This document shows positions 1 to 12,068 of a DNA stretch of 64,000 nt, piece after piece; positions within the stretch are counted from its first letter, which is position 1, and every line of letters begins with the position of its first letter. The translations under genes were made by a program, and so were the position numbers. The notes under the pieces were generated by a model. It saw only the letters and a list, made by a program, of their open reading frames with translations, made no database searches and was not told the DNA's origin. Origin of the DNA: Iphione sp. A-MEVVRFRX5 (taxonomy: Eukaryota). Where the stretch lies: the NCBI GenBank assembly GCA_976226885.1, contig OZ320314.1:126356001-126420000 (forward strand), given 5' to 3'.

Positions 1-334
1 TGATGGCATGCTATATAAAATGCCAAGGGAATTGGTTAAACAGAAAATGAGGAAATCCAAAAGTATTGATTTACTTAGAATTTGCTATAATTAAATAATG
101 CTAGGCTCTATTAAAGTGGAAGTCGGTGAGGTAGGTGAAAATAGATGCATCACCAGAAGTAAAAGCACGCATAGACTCCGGTTTCAAGTTCCTAAACCAA
201 AGAAAGAAAAATATAAAAAATCACTACTATATCTTAAAGGAGAGCTATGGGCAAATTTAAGACCTGAGAAGACTATGCTGAACCCTAGAAAATTTAAGGC
301 GATGTTACGAAAGAAGCAACAACACAATGTCTAA
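1..334 (+). mobile_element. 3' end of a non-LTR retrotransposon ORF2 (C-terminal region after RT), degenerate
   Basis: ORF 98-334 ends TRSKSTHRLRFQVPKPKKEKYKKSLLYLKGELWANL...FKAMLRKK*, resembling the TR..L.VP....YKKS..Y.G..LWN.L....FK terminus of CR1/L2-group ORF2. Confidence 0.6.
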
Positions 335-362
335 TGGGTTAAATAACAAAAAAAAATTGAAT

Positions 363-732
363 GGACTGGACGTTGTCCATGACCACTGACCCCTGACCCC
401 TGATGATGAATAGAGGCATGCTAAAACAAGAACTACTATAAATACTATTAACAAGAGGACTGGATGTTATCCATGACCGTAAGTCTGTGATGTAAAAATA
501 TTGTTTAACTATATGTATCATCTGGTAGCCAAATGTAATAGACAGCAGTTCTTATAAACTGAGTAACTCCAAAATGATTCCAGGTATCTCTGCTGTATAT
601 ATGGATATAGGACTGGATTATTATCCATGACCTGACCTTCTGAAGAGGAGAAGACAAACCCACCAAGTTCCCTGCAAAATTAAAGTTAAAGTCAAAGCCG
701 AAATCCCCTGGACTGGTGGTTTATCCATGACC
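363..732 (+). repeat. Four dispersed copies of a 22-23 bp motif GGACTGG(N3-4)TTATCCATGACC with unrelated spacers
   Basis: Copies at 363-384, 457-478, 610-632 and 710-732; spacers of 72, 131 and 77 bp. Confidence 0.8.
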
Positions 733-1029
733 AGGAATTTTGCACACTGTGTCAGTGTACACGCACCTGCAATATTAGACCAGTATGTTCATAAATTATA
801 TTCATATCACTGTACTCATTTCATGATAGCCCGATCATTCTGGACAAAAATACTATCATTATATGCATGTGTTTCCAGAATAAAACCATCTAATTCAAAA
901 TATCTTCACGATTTCTCTGAATATTAAATTTATGATAATGTTACACAGAACTTCTCGGAACTCAAACTACACTTTGGGAGTTTAGCCCGATATATCTATG
1001 ATTGATAAATATATATATATATTGTTGGC

Positions 1030-2680
1030 TTCCACCATTGAAAAAACTCCAGACCAGACTTGCTTGGCCCCCTCACTTGGCTCCTCCTCAGTGTGGATAG
1101 TGTAGGAAGATCTCTGCGCTTCCCCGGATCAGGCTCCTCCTCCTAATCCGGGGCACTTTGCTGGTCACCTTCTCAGTACATTGAAGCCCTCCAAATTAAA
1201 AAAAACTGGAAGTATGCCTCCTTTGACCTCTTAAGTCTTTACTCCACCCACTGCTTCATGCTGGCAGGTGTCATATTAGAACCTTTCTTCATGGAAACCT
1301 TCCGGGGGCAATGGACTAAGGGGTAGGGCCAAGCATATCAACACTCATCATGCAGCCTGAGATAACGTCTTAGGTTGTCCTTCCTGTTGCATTTATTGTT
1401 GCACTCCTTACACTTCAGGGCATAGTCCGTTGGCTTGCGTCAAGTCATTCTTAAGTAAAGGCGATAGTTGAAATGATGCCGCATTCGATGCCTCTCCTCT
1501 TTTATGGGGCCACTTCTGCCCACTGCCTCCCACCACAAGCTATCTACTGTAACAGTCAACACGGTGTGGATTTCACTGGTCTCGGTCATGGAAGCTCTTC
1601 TCCCTGGCGTCTCCATGTACGATCCCCTCATGACTCCCCTTCTTAACATGTTAAACCGCTGACACAAGTACTTCTGGTCTATCCATAACCATTGGAGCTT
1701 AGGGGAGAGGCCCAACTACTTTCCAGGCTCTGACCTCTGCTGTATACTCCAAGATCTCCTTTACCTTGCCCTCCACGGGCCCACCATAGGCCAGCTGTAG
1801 CAGGAGGGCTGTCTAGTGGTGTAGTGTTCGGAAGTTAAGGGACGCTTGATAAGCAAAGGTCACAAAGGGCAGACAGAGGTCCACGTTCCTTTGGTTGTTC
1901 TCCACCAAGGTAGCCGGCATTATCCGAAGTGTTCAATTGACCCTTTCCACTTGCCCAATGGCTTGCAGGTATCATACGGGTCTTCTCCACCCCACACGAT
2001 ATAAGAACCTCGGCAACGAGGTGGGTTTCAAAGTTGCAACCTTTATCAATGTGAATGATCCAAGGTGGCCTGAAACTACAGATCAACTCCCTCTTCCCTT
2101 CACTTGTACATCCTGGACTACCTTCACAATGGCTGTCTTCAGAGGGTGGGGCCTGACACTCAAAGGTCCCTTGACTGTGTCCACCACCATTCCCTGTTGT
2201 TAAGAGGGATTCCATCCTCATGAAGGCCACAAACTCCACATCTACTATCAGAAACTTGAGGTGCCACCTGGCCATCTGGAACTGGACTATGTGAGGGGGA
2301 GGCCAGTTAGCCCCCACTCCGGTAGATCATCCACCCCTTCCCCACCTCCCATCAGGCGAGAAGGAGTACATCCCAGTAGTTTTGGCTGTACATCCTGTTA
2401 TGCCTCTGAGATCCATGGGGGCTGTCTCTGGTGCTTCTTGTAATCCTCCGTTCCTTAGACCTGTCCTCAGCTGGTCAGGCACCCGAAACCTGGGGCTTGT
2501 TAGCTTGTTACCTGAGGGAGCCTGAGTAGATGGCTCCCATCGCGGATACAGGATCCCACTTATGATACCAATATTGGATTCCCCCATTGAATAAACGCCA
2601 GACCAAATTGAGTTGACAAATTTATTGATATTTGAAACAACAACAATAATAGTGCAATTGACTGCAACCTCCATCAACAC
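1030..2680 (-). mobile_element. Gypsy-type LTR retrotransposon relic (integrase core), degenerate
   Basis: ORF 1835-2317 contains FRPPWIIHIDKGCNFETHLVAEVLISCGVEKTRMIP...GKGQ, matching the FG.P..IHSDQG.NFES.L..E....GV.K.RT.PYHP..NGQ integrase motif. The block is GC-richer than its flanks. No LTRs recognised; boundaries approximate. Confidence 0.6.
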
Positions 2681-3519
2681 AGACTTTAATATAGAATTAA
2701 AATCCCTCCACCATCCCTCCGCTTATCACTCCACCCCAAACCCCTCTACCAAACTCATACTAGGCCCCTCCGCAATCATAGAGCTCCCCTGCAACACTAT
2801 TTAGTCATGAAGTCCTGAAAATTTTTTCACTATCCATAAAATATCAATTCACATGCCTGTTTTTCAAACAAGCAAATTCTCGTCAATTGTACATTTTATG
2901 CAGGAAGCCCATTCATCAAATGACAAATTTAGACTCACTTCATTGTAAACAAGGTTTCAGTACTTCTTCTTTCAAAAATGTAACAATTAAATGTTCACCA
3001 CACCAAAGGTTCATTCTTCAAGCCTTTATTGCTGAGTGGTGGTACAGTCTTATGTGATTGTAGATGTGTGAGTCCTGTGGGAAGCGCACACCCCTTTGTT
3101 TTATAAACTCCCTGGTAACTGGTAAACAAGCTTATCATACTATTAAAAACATGTAAACAGATGTCATGCAGAACAAAGCATCGACAAATATCAAGTCTTA
3201 ATGATGTTGTTAGGACAAGGAACCAAGTTCCCATGAGGTACTGAGTCTTATGAGCTGGTTCTTTATGCTTGTTACCCTGTACACAAAAGATAGGACTTAC
3301 GTAAAACATGGTGATGTTTCTCACAGACAAAGCGTCATCACATATGCCAACAACATAGAGACAATGTACTTGGAAAATTTCCATCTGCACTCTGTGCTCT
3401 ATTAAAGGCTTACTCTGAGTTCCTTATAACTTTACACTTTACATACACAGCAAGTTCTCCCTGTATAATGACATATGGCTACTTCTTTCACACATACCAA
3501 TGTCATCACTTATAACTTT

Positions 3520-4900
3520 TCTGTGTGACAATGTGGCTGACCAGTAAAATCAACACATACTCTGATTTCTACCGAAGGATATGACTTTATCAGATGGAAT
3601 GGGATGCAGGAGAACATCTCCAAGAAATCCTAGGGTGGGTTAGCAGTCTACAGTAATAATGCCTTCCCAAAAGCTAAGGGTAAAAGATACTTTAACATCA
3701 GAAATAGTGACCCTGAAGAGAACTGCCTCCCTTTAAAGCTTGGTAAATCAAATTCAGACTCTCAATTTGTTTTATACTCAAATTTCCAGTACACTTATGT
3801 CACTATTGAATAGTCTTGATATTCGCCAAATGAGATCAAAATTATTCTTTTTATACTGTGGGACCACATCAACCAGACAGGTAAAATAGAGTGGCATTAT
3901 ATTCAATATCATTTGCCCCAATGTCACCTAGATTTCAACAACCACTAACATCCGATGTTATCTCTTTCTATTTCATGGTATGGTTATCTGAACTCTCCAC
4001 CCTTCTGGACTATGTTATCAGACAAAGATACATTTTGTATCAGTCCGGTTGACTTCTAATTAAAGGAAACAATATCCTACTATATTGCTCAATGGAAGGT
4101 GGACATGCTGGAGACTGGCTCAATGACAGGATAGCCATAAGCAGACATCTAATTTGATCAGGTTTAAAAAGCGCCTGGTCGAAACAGCAACATGGTACAC
4201 CTTCTGAATTCTGCTAAAACACATAATTCTACACGTCAGCAATATCATGGCACAACCACTTCAAAAAAAATTAAAATACAAACTAAGGCAATACATTTTT
4301 CGTTTGTTTAGCAGCTAAACATGCAACATAGATGAAGGAGGTTCGGTTGAGGATTCTCAGTGAAACTTAACCCGCAGGCTTTTAGTAGCATCCTGAAATA
4401 CCTAATGAACTGATAACTGAACGTTGAACAAACGGGTAGCGTGAACATTACTATTACTAATTGTCATGTCAAACGGAGAATCGACCAATAAAATAGTTAA
4501 CAGCTTGGCCAAGGTCACTATTTCGTTAAGTAATGTCCACAGTACCCTTTTTATAACAGCTGGCGATCAGCTAATTGATTTACTAGAATACCAAATAGAT
4601 CAGTCTATCAGAACAGGTTTAGTACCAGTTGATTAGAAACCCTGGGTCTGCTTTGATTAAATCCTTAGATTGTACAAACAGCTGAGTAATAAGCACTGCA
4701 AGGTTGCCATGAAACGGTTTGACAACTGAATGATTGACTAAACCAAATCCAGTTTTCTAAAGGAAACCTTCAACAATACCGATTCTCCACATATTATGCC
4801 ACTACCAGAATATTTAAATTCATATTCAAGTTCAGCTTATTCCTGAGTCTCCATCGAAGCAATTTCCTATAAGGAATTCTGAGGAATTATCATTTGGAAT
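3520..4900 (+). mobile_element. Heavily decayed LINE ORF2 (APE endonuclease to start of RT)
   Basis: Remnants EGYDFIRW...KKS*GGLAVY (from about 3574) and QIDQSIRTGLVPVD*K (about 4590-4640), with many stops and frameshifts. Confidence 0.55.
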
Positions 4901-5099
4901 CAGTGTTGTATAGCGTATGAAAGAAAAACAGTGAAAAGTGAACACAACGATGGTCTGTCAAGTGCTACAGCGCAAGCAAAAATGCTATATATCCATCATC
5001 ATGACAAATTCTTTACTGAAAACATTAACTATATATAAGTAACCATGAATACAAAATAATGCCTATGATACCACAAACTGAAGATAGACCTGCTATATT

Positions 5100-6200
5100 C
5101 AAACAAAAGCTTAAACGATATGTAAATGATGAGTATTGGAAGTGAAACTAGAATTATAATAAACTAGTATTTGACAATAAATACAAATGTTCCAAATGTT
5201 GAATGATATATGAAAGAAATACATGTGCTCAGTGGAGTGTGCTAAAAATATAGTTAGACACAATGGGTCCAGTGAGCATTTGAATCAGTACAATCGTTGG
5301 ATTTGCGACAGTGTGCATCTTTAGAATTAGTGGCTCGACTATGTTAGTGTTGTCTACAGTTGTCTACACTCGTTCAGTGCTGTGAGGAAGTTGATCTCAG
5401 GGTCTTAAACAACTAACATACTTTTTACACAGAGGTTGATAAACTGAGATAAAGTTTTACAGAAACTTCGTGTTCATAGGCGAATATCAGCAACCACATT
5501 TCGATGTAATCAAACATACCGATATAAGACATAAAAAACGAGCATCCAATATACAATCATTTATTTAGATCAGAGCTATCACTTGCAACGTTCAAAGACT
5601 TCCATAAGTAAAATGGCTGACTACAAAACTAACTTTCAAAGGTTACTGTAAACAGATGTAGGGCAAACTTATCAAACTACAGCTTTGCGTAATATGCATA
5701 ATGTATGCCTCCTATGTGTAAATAAAGACTATCTGGTTAATTATAAGCACACACCATCAGGCTGTGTGGGTGTCTTTTTATTTAACATCTGATCGTATTT
5801 ATATTCAGTCAGTTCCTTAGTGGCTTTCACAATGATGAAAGAATATTCCGTATTTGTTTCACAACCCAGTATTTCGCTGTAGTCACATTTGAGAGCAGTG
5901 AGACCTAAATTGGTAACCATGGCCACGGCACTCATAAACAAATATAAAGGGGACCCCCCCCCCTGAGCAAGCATAGCCACAGAGCTCAGTAGCCCTTTCC
6001 TCGCATTCATTTGTCAGGAAACCAAATGCCAGAGTATACACTGGAAAACTAGTTCATGGAATACCCGATTGACCCTGTCAACACACTTTGACTAGAGAAC
6101 AGAAGAAAGAAATAAATGCAATCGGACACATCATATTAAGAGAGGAGTAAACGAAAATAGTTCAAATTTAGGAGGCTAAAAGCAAGGAGTGAATAGAGAT
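5100..6200 (+). mobile_element. Possible hAT-like transposase relic with N-terminal zinc finger
   Basis: Frameshifted KYKCSKC...NIVRHNGSSEHL (about 5180-5285) resembles the CxxC...H..S..H fingers of hAT-type transposases. Downstream similarity is weak. Confidence 0.3.
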
Positions 6201-8350
6201 ACTCACGAAAAAAGGGAAATGAAGCAAGTGAAGAGTACAAGAGAAAGGAGAGAGCATTCCCTCTTTGTCACCTGATGCATTTCACCTTCTATCCTTTCCT
6301 TACCTCTTATTTTGTTGCTTCCTACTCACTCTTAAATCTCCTTCCACCTTCCCTTTCATCATCTTGCTTTCACTCTACTTTTCTATGAAATGTATTCCTC
6401 CTGGTCCCTTCTCCAACTTCCATATATCTCTCTCTCCGTAACCTTCCTCACTCATATATTTCCTTCAACTGTCCCTTTTCTTGACCCTTGACCTCCTCCG
6501 TTACAGCAATACATGTTTTACCCTTACGGAAGGAAAGAGGGACACAGAGCATGTGCACTAAGACTTGCCTCGTCATGCACACAATCCACGTGGCTTAGTG
6601 ACAGACAAGAAGAAAGAGGGGGAGATTTCTCTTGCAACTGTTAAAAAAAGAATAGAAGGTAGGAAGAAATGGTTTGGCGTATGTATATGTAAGGTATTGA
6701 GAATCATTCGATCCAAATATGAAAGATTTCTGTGCAGAACTGACTAAACTACAGCAGTGGACAGATTGGCATTTATAGGTAGGTTTTAAGCCAGACTATC
6801 ATGCTAATGTTGAGGCAGTGTTTAAGTAGGTCTTCTCCTTCCCCGAAATTAAGTGTCAGGCAAAGGGACCATTAGCCTAAAAAGGTGACCTGAAATGTTC
6901 TATATTTGAATATTAAATATAAATATACGTTACTGACCCGCTGTTCAGTAAACCATGGTAGCCTGCTTAGAAAAAGGACAGAGAGAGTGTCTATTCTGAG
7001 CCATGTTAATTAATGTAAATTACAGCTTTGGGATCCATTATATCAGCTGTTTACCTCAGTAATATCTGTCAGTTTCTACAACTCACATACAGCATTTTCA
7101 AGGTAAGGGGCAATCAGAAAACATGATATGAATCATTATAAGGAGAACATGTTTACCATAGAGTCACCTACACAGTCTTGTGCACCTTTGGCGTTTAGCC
7201 AAGGTTAGGTATTGCTTACGGCACACGTATATCACATGCACAATCCCTGCCCTGTGTGAGATACATTCCCTTGTCATTCATGTGCAGTCACCTGCAATGA
7301 CTCCTCCCATTCCGTCATGTTGCATCTGGAGCATGACAGCTTGACGTTCACTGATTGTCCTTACTGCTACACTGACATTAAAGCCTGCGGGACAAGACAG
7401 CAGAGACCCTGGGTCATTAAAACCAAAACACCATCAAGTTTGATTTGTGTCAGGAACTCACAGACTTATGTGTCTAGGCTTAAGGTAGTACATGTATAAC
7501 GTCATCAAATCTAACCCTCTGCTAACAGTTATATTTAAACCCTAAATCACTGTTTTGATCAGCGAAGAGAATGAACAGGGACATAACATGCAAGTTATGG
7601 TGTGAGTCAGCAGTCAGATTATTTGAGTATGATGTTCATTGTCTAATATGAATGTTTGTGTGTAAAGTAATGAATGCTTATACAGTCATCAACATAGTGC
7701 TCAAAAGGTTCAGTCTTTCTTCATGAAAGTTCTGGTTAGCAGATGCGGGGTCATGACCTCTCCAGGCTTGCCGGATCATGTTACACAATTACTGATCTAT
7801 TACTGATGAATTGTTATGTAAATGAATGAATGAATGAATGAATTCTGTTTATTAACCAATTCTCATACAATTTGTTAGAGCTTTCCTGGTTAATATAATG
7901 GTGAGGTTTTACAAAATCAACAGGTGCGCAAAGGAGTAAAACATACAACATAGAACGTAGAACACGCTGTATAAACACAGACAAGATATCACAAAAACAC
8001 GACTTTGACATACAGTTGACATACATGATACGACATACACTTGGACATACAATCAATCGACTGAGTGCGGGGAAGCATAAGAGTAGCAGCTGCCGATTAG
8101 AAGGTAAGACAGGACGTACTGGTGTTACATGCCAGTTACGACTGTAGGTATGGAGAAAAGTCAAATGTGTGTTAGTCTTACTAGTATTCAATGGCCATAC
8201 CATGGCCAATAAGCCGTTGCGAAGAGCCAACTTGCAGTAAGTCCGGTATATCCTAGGTCATGTTAACTAGTGACGGCAGTTGGCATAGGCTGGTGGGCCT
8301 CATACCAGGTGAGACAAGATATCTTTCACATCTATACACTAGTAGTAGGT

Positions 8351-8510
8351 TACAGTGGGTAAGCATGTGGGTAAGACATAGGCGCAGTTCAGCCATCACA
8401 AAGCAAAGCACTACAGTAGACAAGACAGATTACAGTGGGTAAGCATATGGGTGAGACATAAGCGCAGTTCAGCCATCCCAAAGCAAGGCACAACAATAGA
8501 CAAGACAAGA
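8351..8510. repeat. 80-bp tandem duplication within the LINE 3' UTR
   Basis: Units 8351-8430 and 8431-8510 both begin tacagtgggtaagcat and share gcgcagttcagccatc and tagacaagaca. Confidence 0.85.
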
Positions 8511-9395
8511 CATAGAAATACAGCATCTTAGTGTAAGCATCAGCTCAAGTGTTAGATACAGGTCATATGCAACTTGATTGGATACGCAGTTACTAGGGCT
8601 ATCTGAGCATATGTGGTCGTAACTGTCGACCATCATAGATGGAAGGAATCACTTACGTGGGATACCCTGGGGATACAGATAAATTCCATTTAAACTATGG
8701 AGAGTAGTGTAGCCACGATATGCAAAATCAAGTGATTGTTACAAAATGATATCCATGTTACGTAGGCCCGTTGGGCCATTCTGAACTCCATGGCAGCAGT
8801 AGGCCGACAAAAGTTGTTTGTCTGCCCTATGGGCCAGGTGTATTATGGACAGGAATAATCATCTAAGGGTTGTGGGACCCAGGTAGGGGGGAGGGGGATA
8901 GGGAGAAAGTAGGATAGGCGTGGCGGGGAGGGGGAGGGGCGGGTGCGGTGGGGAGTAGGCTAATGGGGTATAGGGGGAGTAAACCAAAGATGGGGATGGG
9001 ATGGAGGCAGAGTAGCCCAGAGGCAACACGAAGTTGGGCTAGGTACGGAGGGCAAGTCAGAACATCTAACAGCGGATAATGTAGACGATCTAACAGCGGA
9101 TAATGTAGAGGAAAGGACTTTGGTTAGGAATCAGGCATACCGTTCCGTATAGCTAGGACAGAGGCGGAAATAATTAGTTCTGGAGAATGGGAGATGGTGA
9201 ACAGTGGGTTCGAGAAAGATAAGAGTCTTGGTGCTAACGCACACAGTACGTGGTGCGATGGAGTAAAGTGTACTATATGGTTAAAATATAAGGCAAACAG
9301 CCGAACGCGAGTCATACAGAGATGAGGAGGAGATGAAGAGAGCAGGTGCACGTCTTCGGAGGGGGGATGGGATCATTCAATGATCTGTCCAGGGT

Positions 9396-12068
9396 CTATG
9401 TCCTCTCTGTGCGGTGTCGCAGCGCGTCCAGATGGTCATCACTGAGATTAAGCTTCGCACAGTGTTTGGTTGCTTCTGGCAGTCCATTCCACGCGCGGGC
9501 AGCGCGATACCGCATGCTGAGAGCATATCTAGTTGAGCGAGGTTTGTGGGTCCGTGCCTGCCAACCGATACCCCGTCGGGTCATGGTCTTCTCACACATA
9601 GGGAGAAGGTCCAAGTGCATCAGTCGATGGATTGAGTTCAAACCTCTCCTTAGGATGAGAGTATCCACACGAGGTATACCAAAGACCAGTTGCAGCTTCC
9701 TGGCAGACATGTAAGGGCCGCATTGGATCGATGCCCTCGCACATCGATTGACGTGCGTCTGCAAGCTAATGATCTCTGAGAGGGACAAGGCAAATAGGAC
9801 CACCGAGTGGAAATGCAGAACTGAGAGAACAAGAGCTCTGAAGAGAACAAGTCTCGCTGACAGCGGAAGGCGACGTTTCGCTCTGCCTAACTTGGCGGAT
9901 GTCACCCATAACTTCTGTTTCAGAAGGCTCGCGTCATCGCGCATACTTAGCTTTGGATCAAGCTTGTAACCCAAAACCGTCGGATTGGTTGCAAAGCATA
10001 GAGGTTCTTCCCCAATTTTCAGGTCCAAAGGGATCCCAGCTGCTTTGCCCACACACATATATGAGCATTTACTAGTGCTCAAGATCAGGCCCTCACGTTC
10101 GCACCACTTGTGCACTGCGCTAATCGCCGACTGAGACTCTGCTCGCAACCTCAGTAGGTCGCGCGCTGATGCCACCACCGTAAGGTCGTCGGCATATAGT
10201 ACACCGCGCGACCCAGATGGTAGACAGCTTGTGACCGTATCCATCACCAACAAGAAGGCTGCAGGTCCAAATACGGACCCCTGGGGAACTCCCTGATGGA
10301 GTCGCAGGCTATTTGATTCTTCCTCACCGCAACGAACGAATTGGGTCCTGTCCTTCAGGTACCCAGTTACCATGCGGCAAGCTTTGGCGCTCGCGCCGTT
10401 CAGCTTCATTTGGCGGATGATGCTATCGTGAGGTACCAGATCGAACGCCTTTTTGAGGTCGAACATGATGATGTTGCAATATTTGCCTCGGTTCATATCG
10501 TCTTCGACCAAGCACATTAGATCTGATATGGCTGTGTCGGTACCTCGATGTCTGCGAAAGCCGTGTTGATGCTTATCAAACACATTCCTCTCTTCAAAGT
10601 TGGCCATGAGCTCTTTCACGAACCACGATTCACAAATTTTCCCGGGTAACGGGAGGATAGAGACAGGGCGGTAATTACCGAGGTTGTGCTGGTCTCCCTT
10701 TTTGTAAATCGGCGTTACGCGTGCTCGCTTCCATCGTGCCGGGTAAAGCCCAGTCCGATAGATGCGCTGGAACACCCATGCCAGAAAGTCCGGCATCAAC
10801 ATCAACAAGGGCTTCAAATTGCAGGTGGGAATACCCTCTATTCCCGATGACTTGTTTAGACGCTGCTTTTTGATCAGTTTGATCACCTCCAGTGGTGCAG
10901 GGGGCTTTAGATCAAATGTATCTGCCCCATGTCGGCCTCCAATGACCTTCCCACAGTCAGCAGGCCTCGTAGGGACCAGCTTAGTCACCTCTTCAACAAA
11001 ATAATTGTTGAAGGCCTCAGCAGTCGATTTAGGAACCGAACCATCGATGACTAGCCTTTCACAGGCGGGGAGAACCGTCTCACCCTTCTGTAGGCTAGAT
11101 GCCTCACGTAGCATGTCCCACATCTTGGCAGAGTCTGAGCCCGCATATTCTAGTTGCTCAGTCCAGTACGACTTCCTATCCTTTGATAGGGCATATCTGA
11201 CCTTTTTATTAAGGAATTTGAAGATCCTTAGGTCATCAACTTCCTTGAGTGTCTTCCAGCGACGGAAGAAAAAGTCCCGGTCCTTGATGAGAGATACAGT
11301 TGCGGGACTCAGTGTGAAAGAACCCGAGTCATCACGGCATCGAACCTTCCTAGCGGGACATATTTCTTTGAGCTCCTCTCTCAGCCCATCTTCGAATTTA
11401 TTCCAGGCCTCTTGGTGGCAGCCTTCCATCTTGATGTAATCGCACCTCATTTTGTTGTGCAAGTCGTTGATGTCGACCCTCCTCCAATTTCTGACCACTT
11501 TCCATTTGGACACCTTTTTAGGGGCCCCTTTCTTCAGGTCGATACACACTGGAAGGTGGTCGCTTAGGAAGTGGTTCAGGGTTTTTGCATGTCCTTTAAT
11601 GGCGAAATTAAGCCAGATATGATCAAGGCACCTCGCAGAATCAATCATGGTGCCTTCGTTGACCAATTGGGACATGCCGATACCGACGAGAGTATTCACA
11701 ATGCTAGCGCCCGGTGTACTTGCGGCACCGAAGTTGTAGTTAAAGTCACCAGTGATGCAGCAGTCGTTGTGCTTACGGTCAAAGAAGTTGCTGCAGGCAT
11801 AGCTGACTGCACCTGCCGATGCCGCCATTCTGTCCTGGGGTGGGTGGTAGACCAGAATGATGTCGATGGGCCGACGTTTGCCGCCCTTGACTGTTATGCC
11901 CAGCATTTCACAGCTGGAGGCCTCCTGCTGCAAAAGTGATTGACGTACAATATCAATATGATCTTTCACGTATATCGCCAGACCACCTCCTCGTCGTCCC
12001 TCCCCCTGACCTCTATCTTGGCGAACCAAGTTGAAACCCTTAAGGCTAATCTCTGTGTTACTAACCAT
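9396..12068 (-). CDS. LINE ORF2: apurinic-type endonuclease + reverse transcriptase (890 aa, N-terminally truncated)
   Basis: Uninterrupted ORF with APE motifs GGGLAIY, VYHPP, ITGDFN, SDHLPV and RT motifs NYRPVSIL, QHGFR, FDLKKAFDLVPH, GVPQGSVFGP, YADD. Confidence 0.95.
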   Translation of the reverse strand: MVSNTEISLKGFNLVRQDRGQGEGRRGGGLAIYVKDHIDIVRQSLLQQEASSCEMLGITVKGGKRRPIDIILVYHPPQDRMAASAGAVSYACSNFFDRKHNDCCITGDFNYNFGAASTPGASIVNTLVGIGMSQLVNEGTMIDSARCLDHIWLNFAIKGHAKTLNHFLSDHLPVCIDLKKGAPKKVSKWKVVRNWRRVDINDLHNKMRCDYIKMEGCHQEAWNKFEDGLREELKEICPARKVRCRDDSGSFTLSPATVSLIKDRDFFFRRWKTLKEVDDLRIFKFLNKKVRYALSKDRKSYWTEQLEYAGSDSAKMWDMLREASSLQKGETVLPACERLVIDGSVPKSTAEAFNNYFVEEVTKLVPTRPADCGKVIGGRHGADTFDLKPPAPLEVIKLIKKQRLNKSSGIEGIPTCNLKPLLMLMPDFLAWVFQRIYRTGLYPARWKRARVTPIYKKGDQHNLGNYRPVSILPLPGKICESWFVKELMANFEERNVFDKHQHGFRRHRGTDTAISDLMCLVEDDMNRGKYCNIIMFDLKKAFDLVPHDSIIRQMKLNGASAKACRMVTGYLKDRTQFVRCGEEESNSLRLHQGVPQGSVFGPAAFLLVMDTVTSCLPSGSRGVLYADDLTVVASARDLLRLRAESQSAISAVHKWCEREGLILSTSKCSYMCVGKAAGIPLDLKIGEEPLCFATNPTVLGYKLDPKLSMRDDASLLKQKLWVTSAKLGRAKRRLPLSARLVLFRALVLSVLHFHSVVLFALSLSEIISLQTHVNRCARASIQCGPYMSARKLQLVFGIPRVDTLILRRGLNSIHRLMHLDLLPMCEKTMTRRGIGWQARTHKPRSTRYALSMRYRAARAWNGLPEATKHCAKLNLSDDHLDALRHRTERT

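Noticed and set aside
363-732. CRISPR array interpretation of the repeat-spacer pattern
   Set aside because: Spacers are long and irregular (72-131 bp), repeats vary in length, no cas genes are present, and the context is spliceosomal eukaryotic DNA.
9346-11939. Plus-strand ORFs 9346-9714, 9748-9969, 10762-11004, 11005-11439 and 11571-11939 as genes
   Set aside because: They are antisense shadows of the GC-rich LINE ORF2 and have no recognisable motifs.
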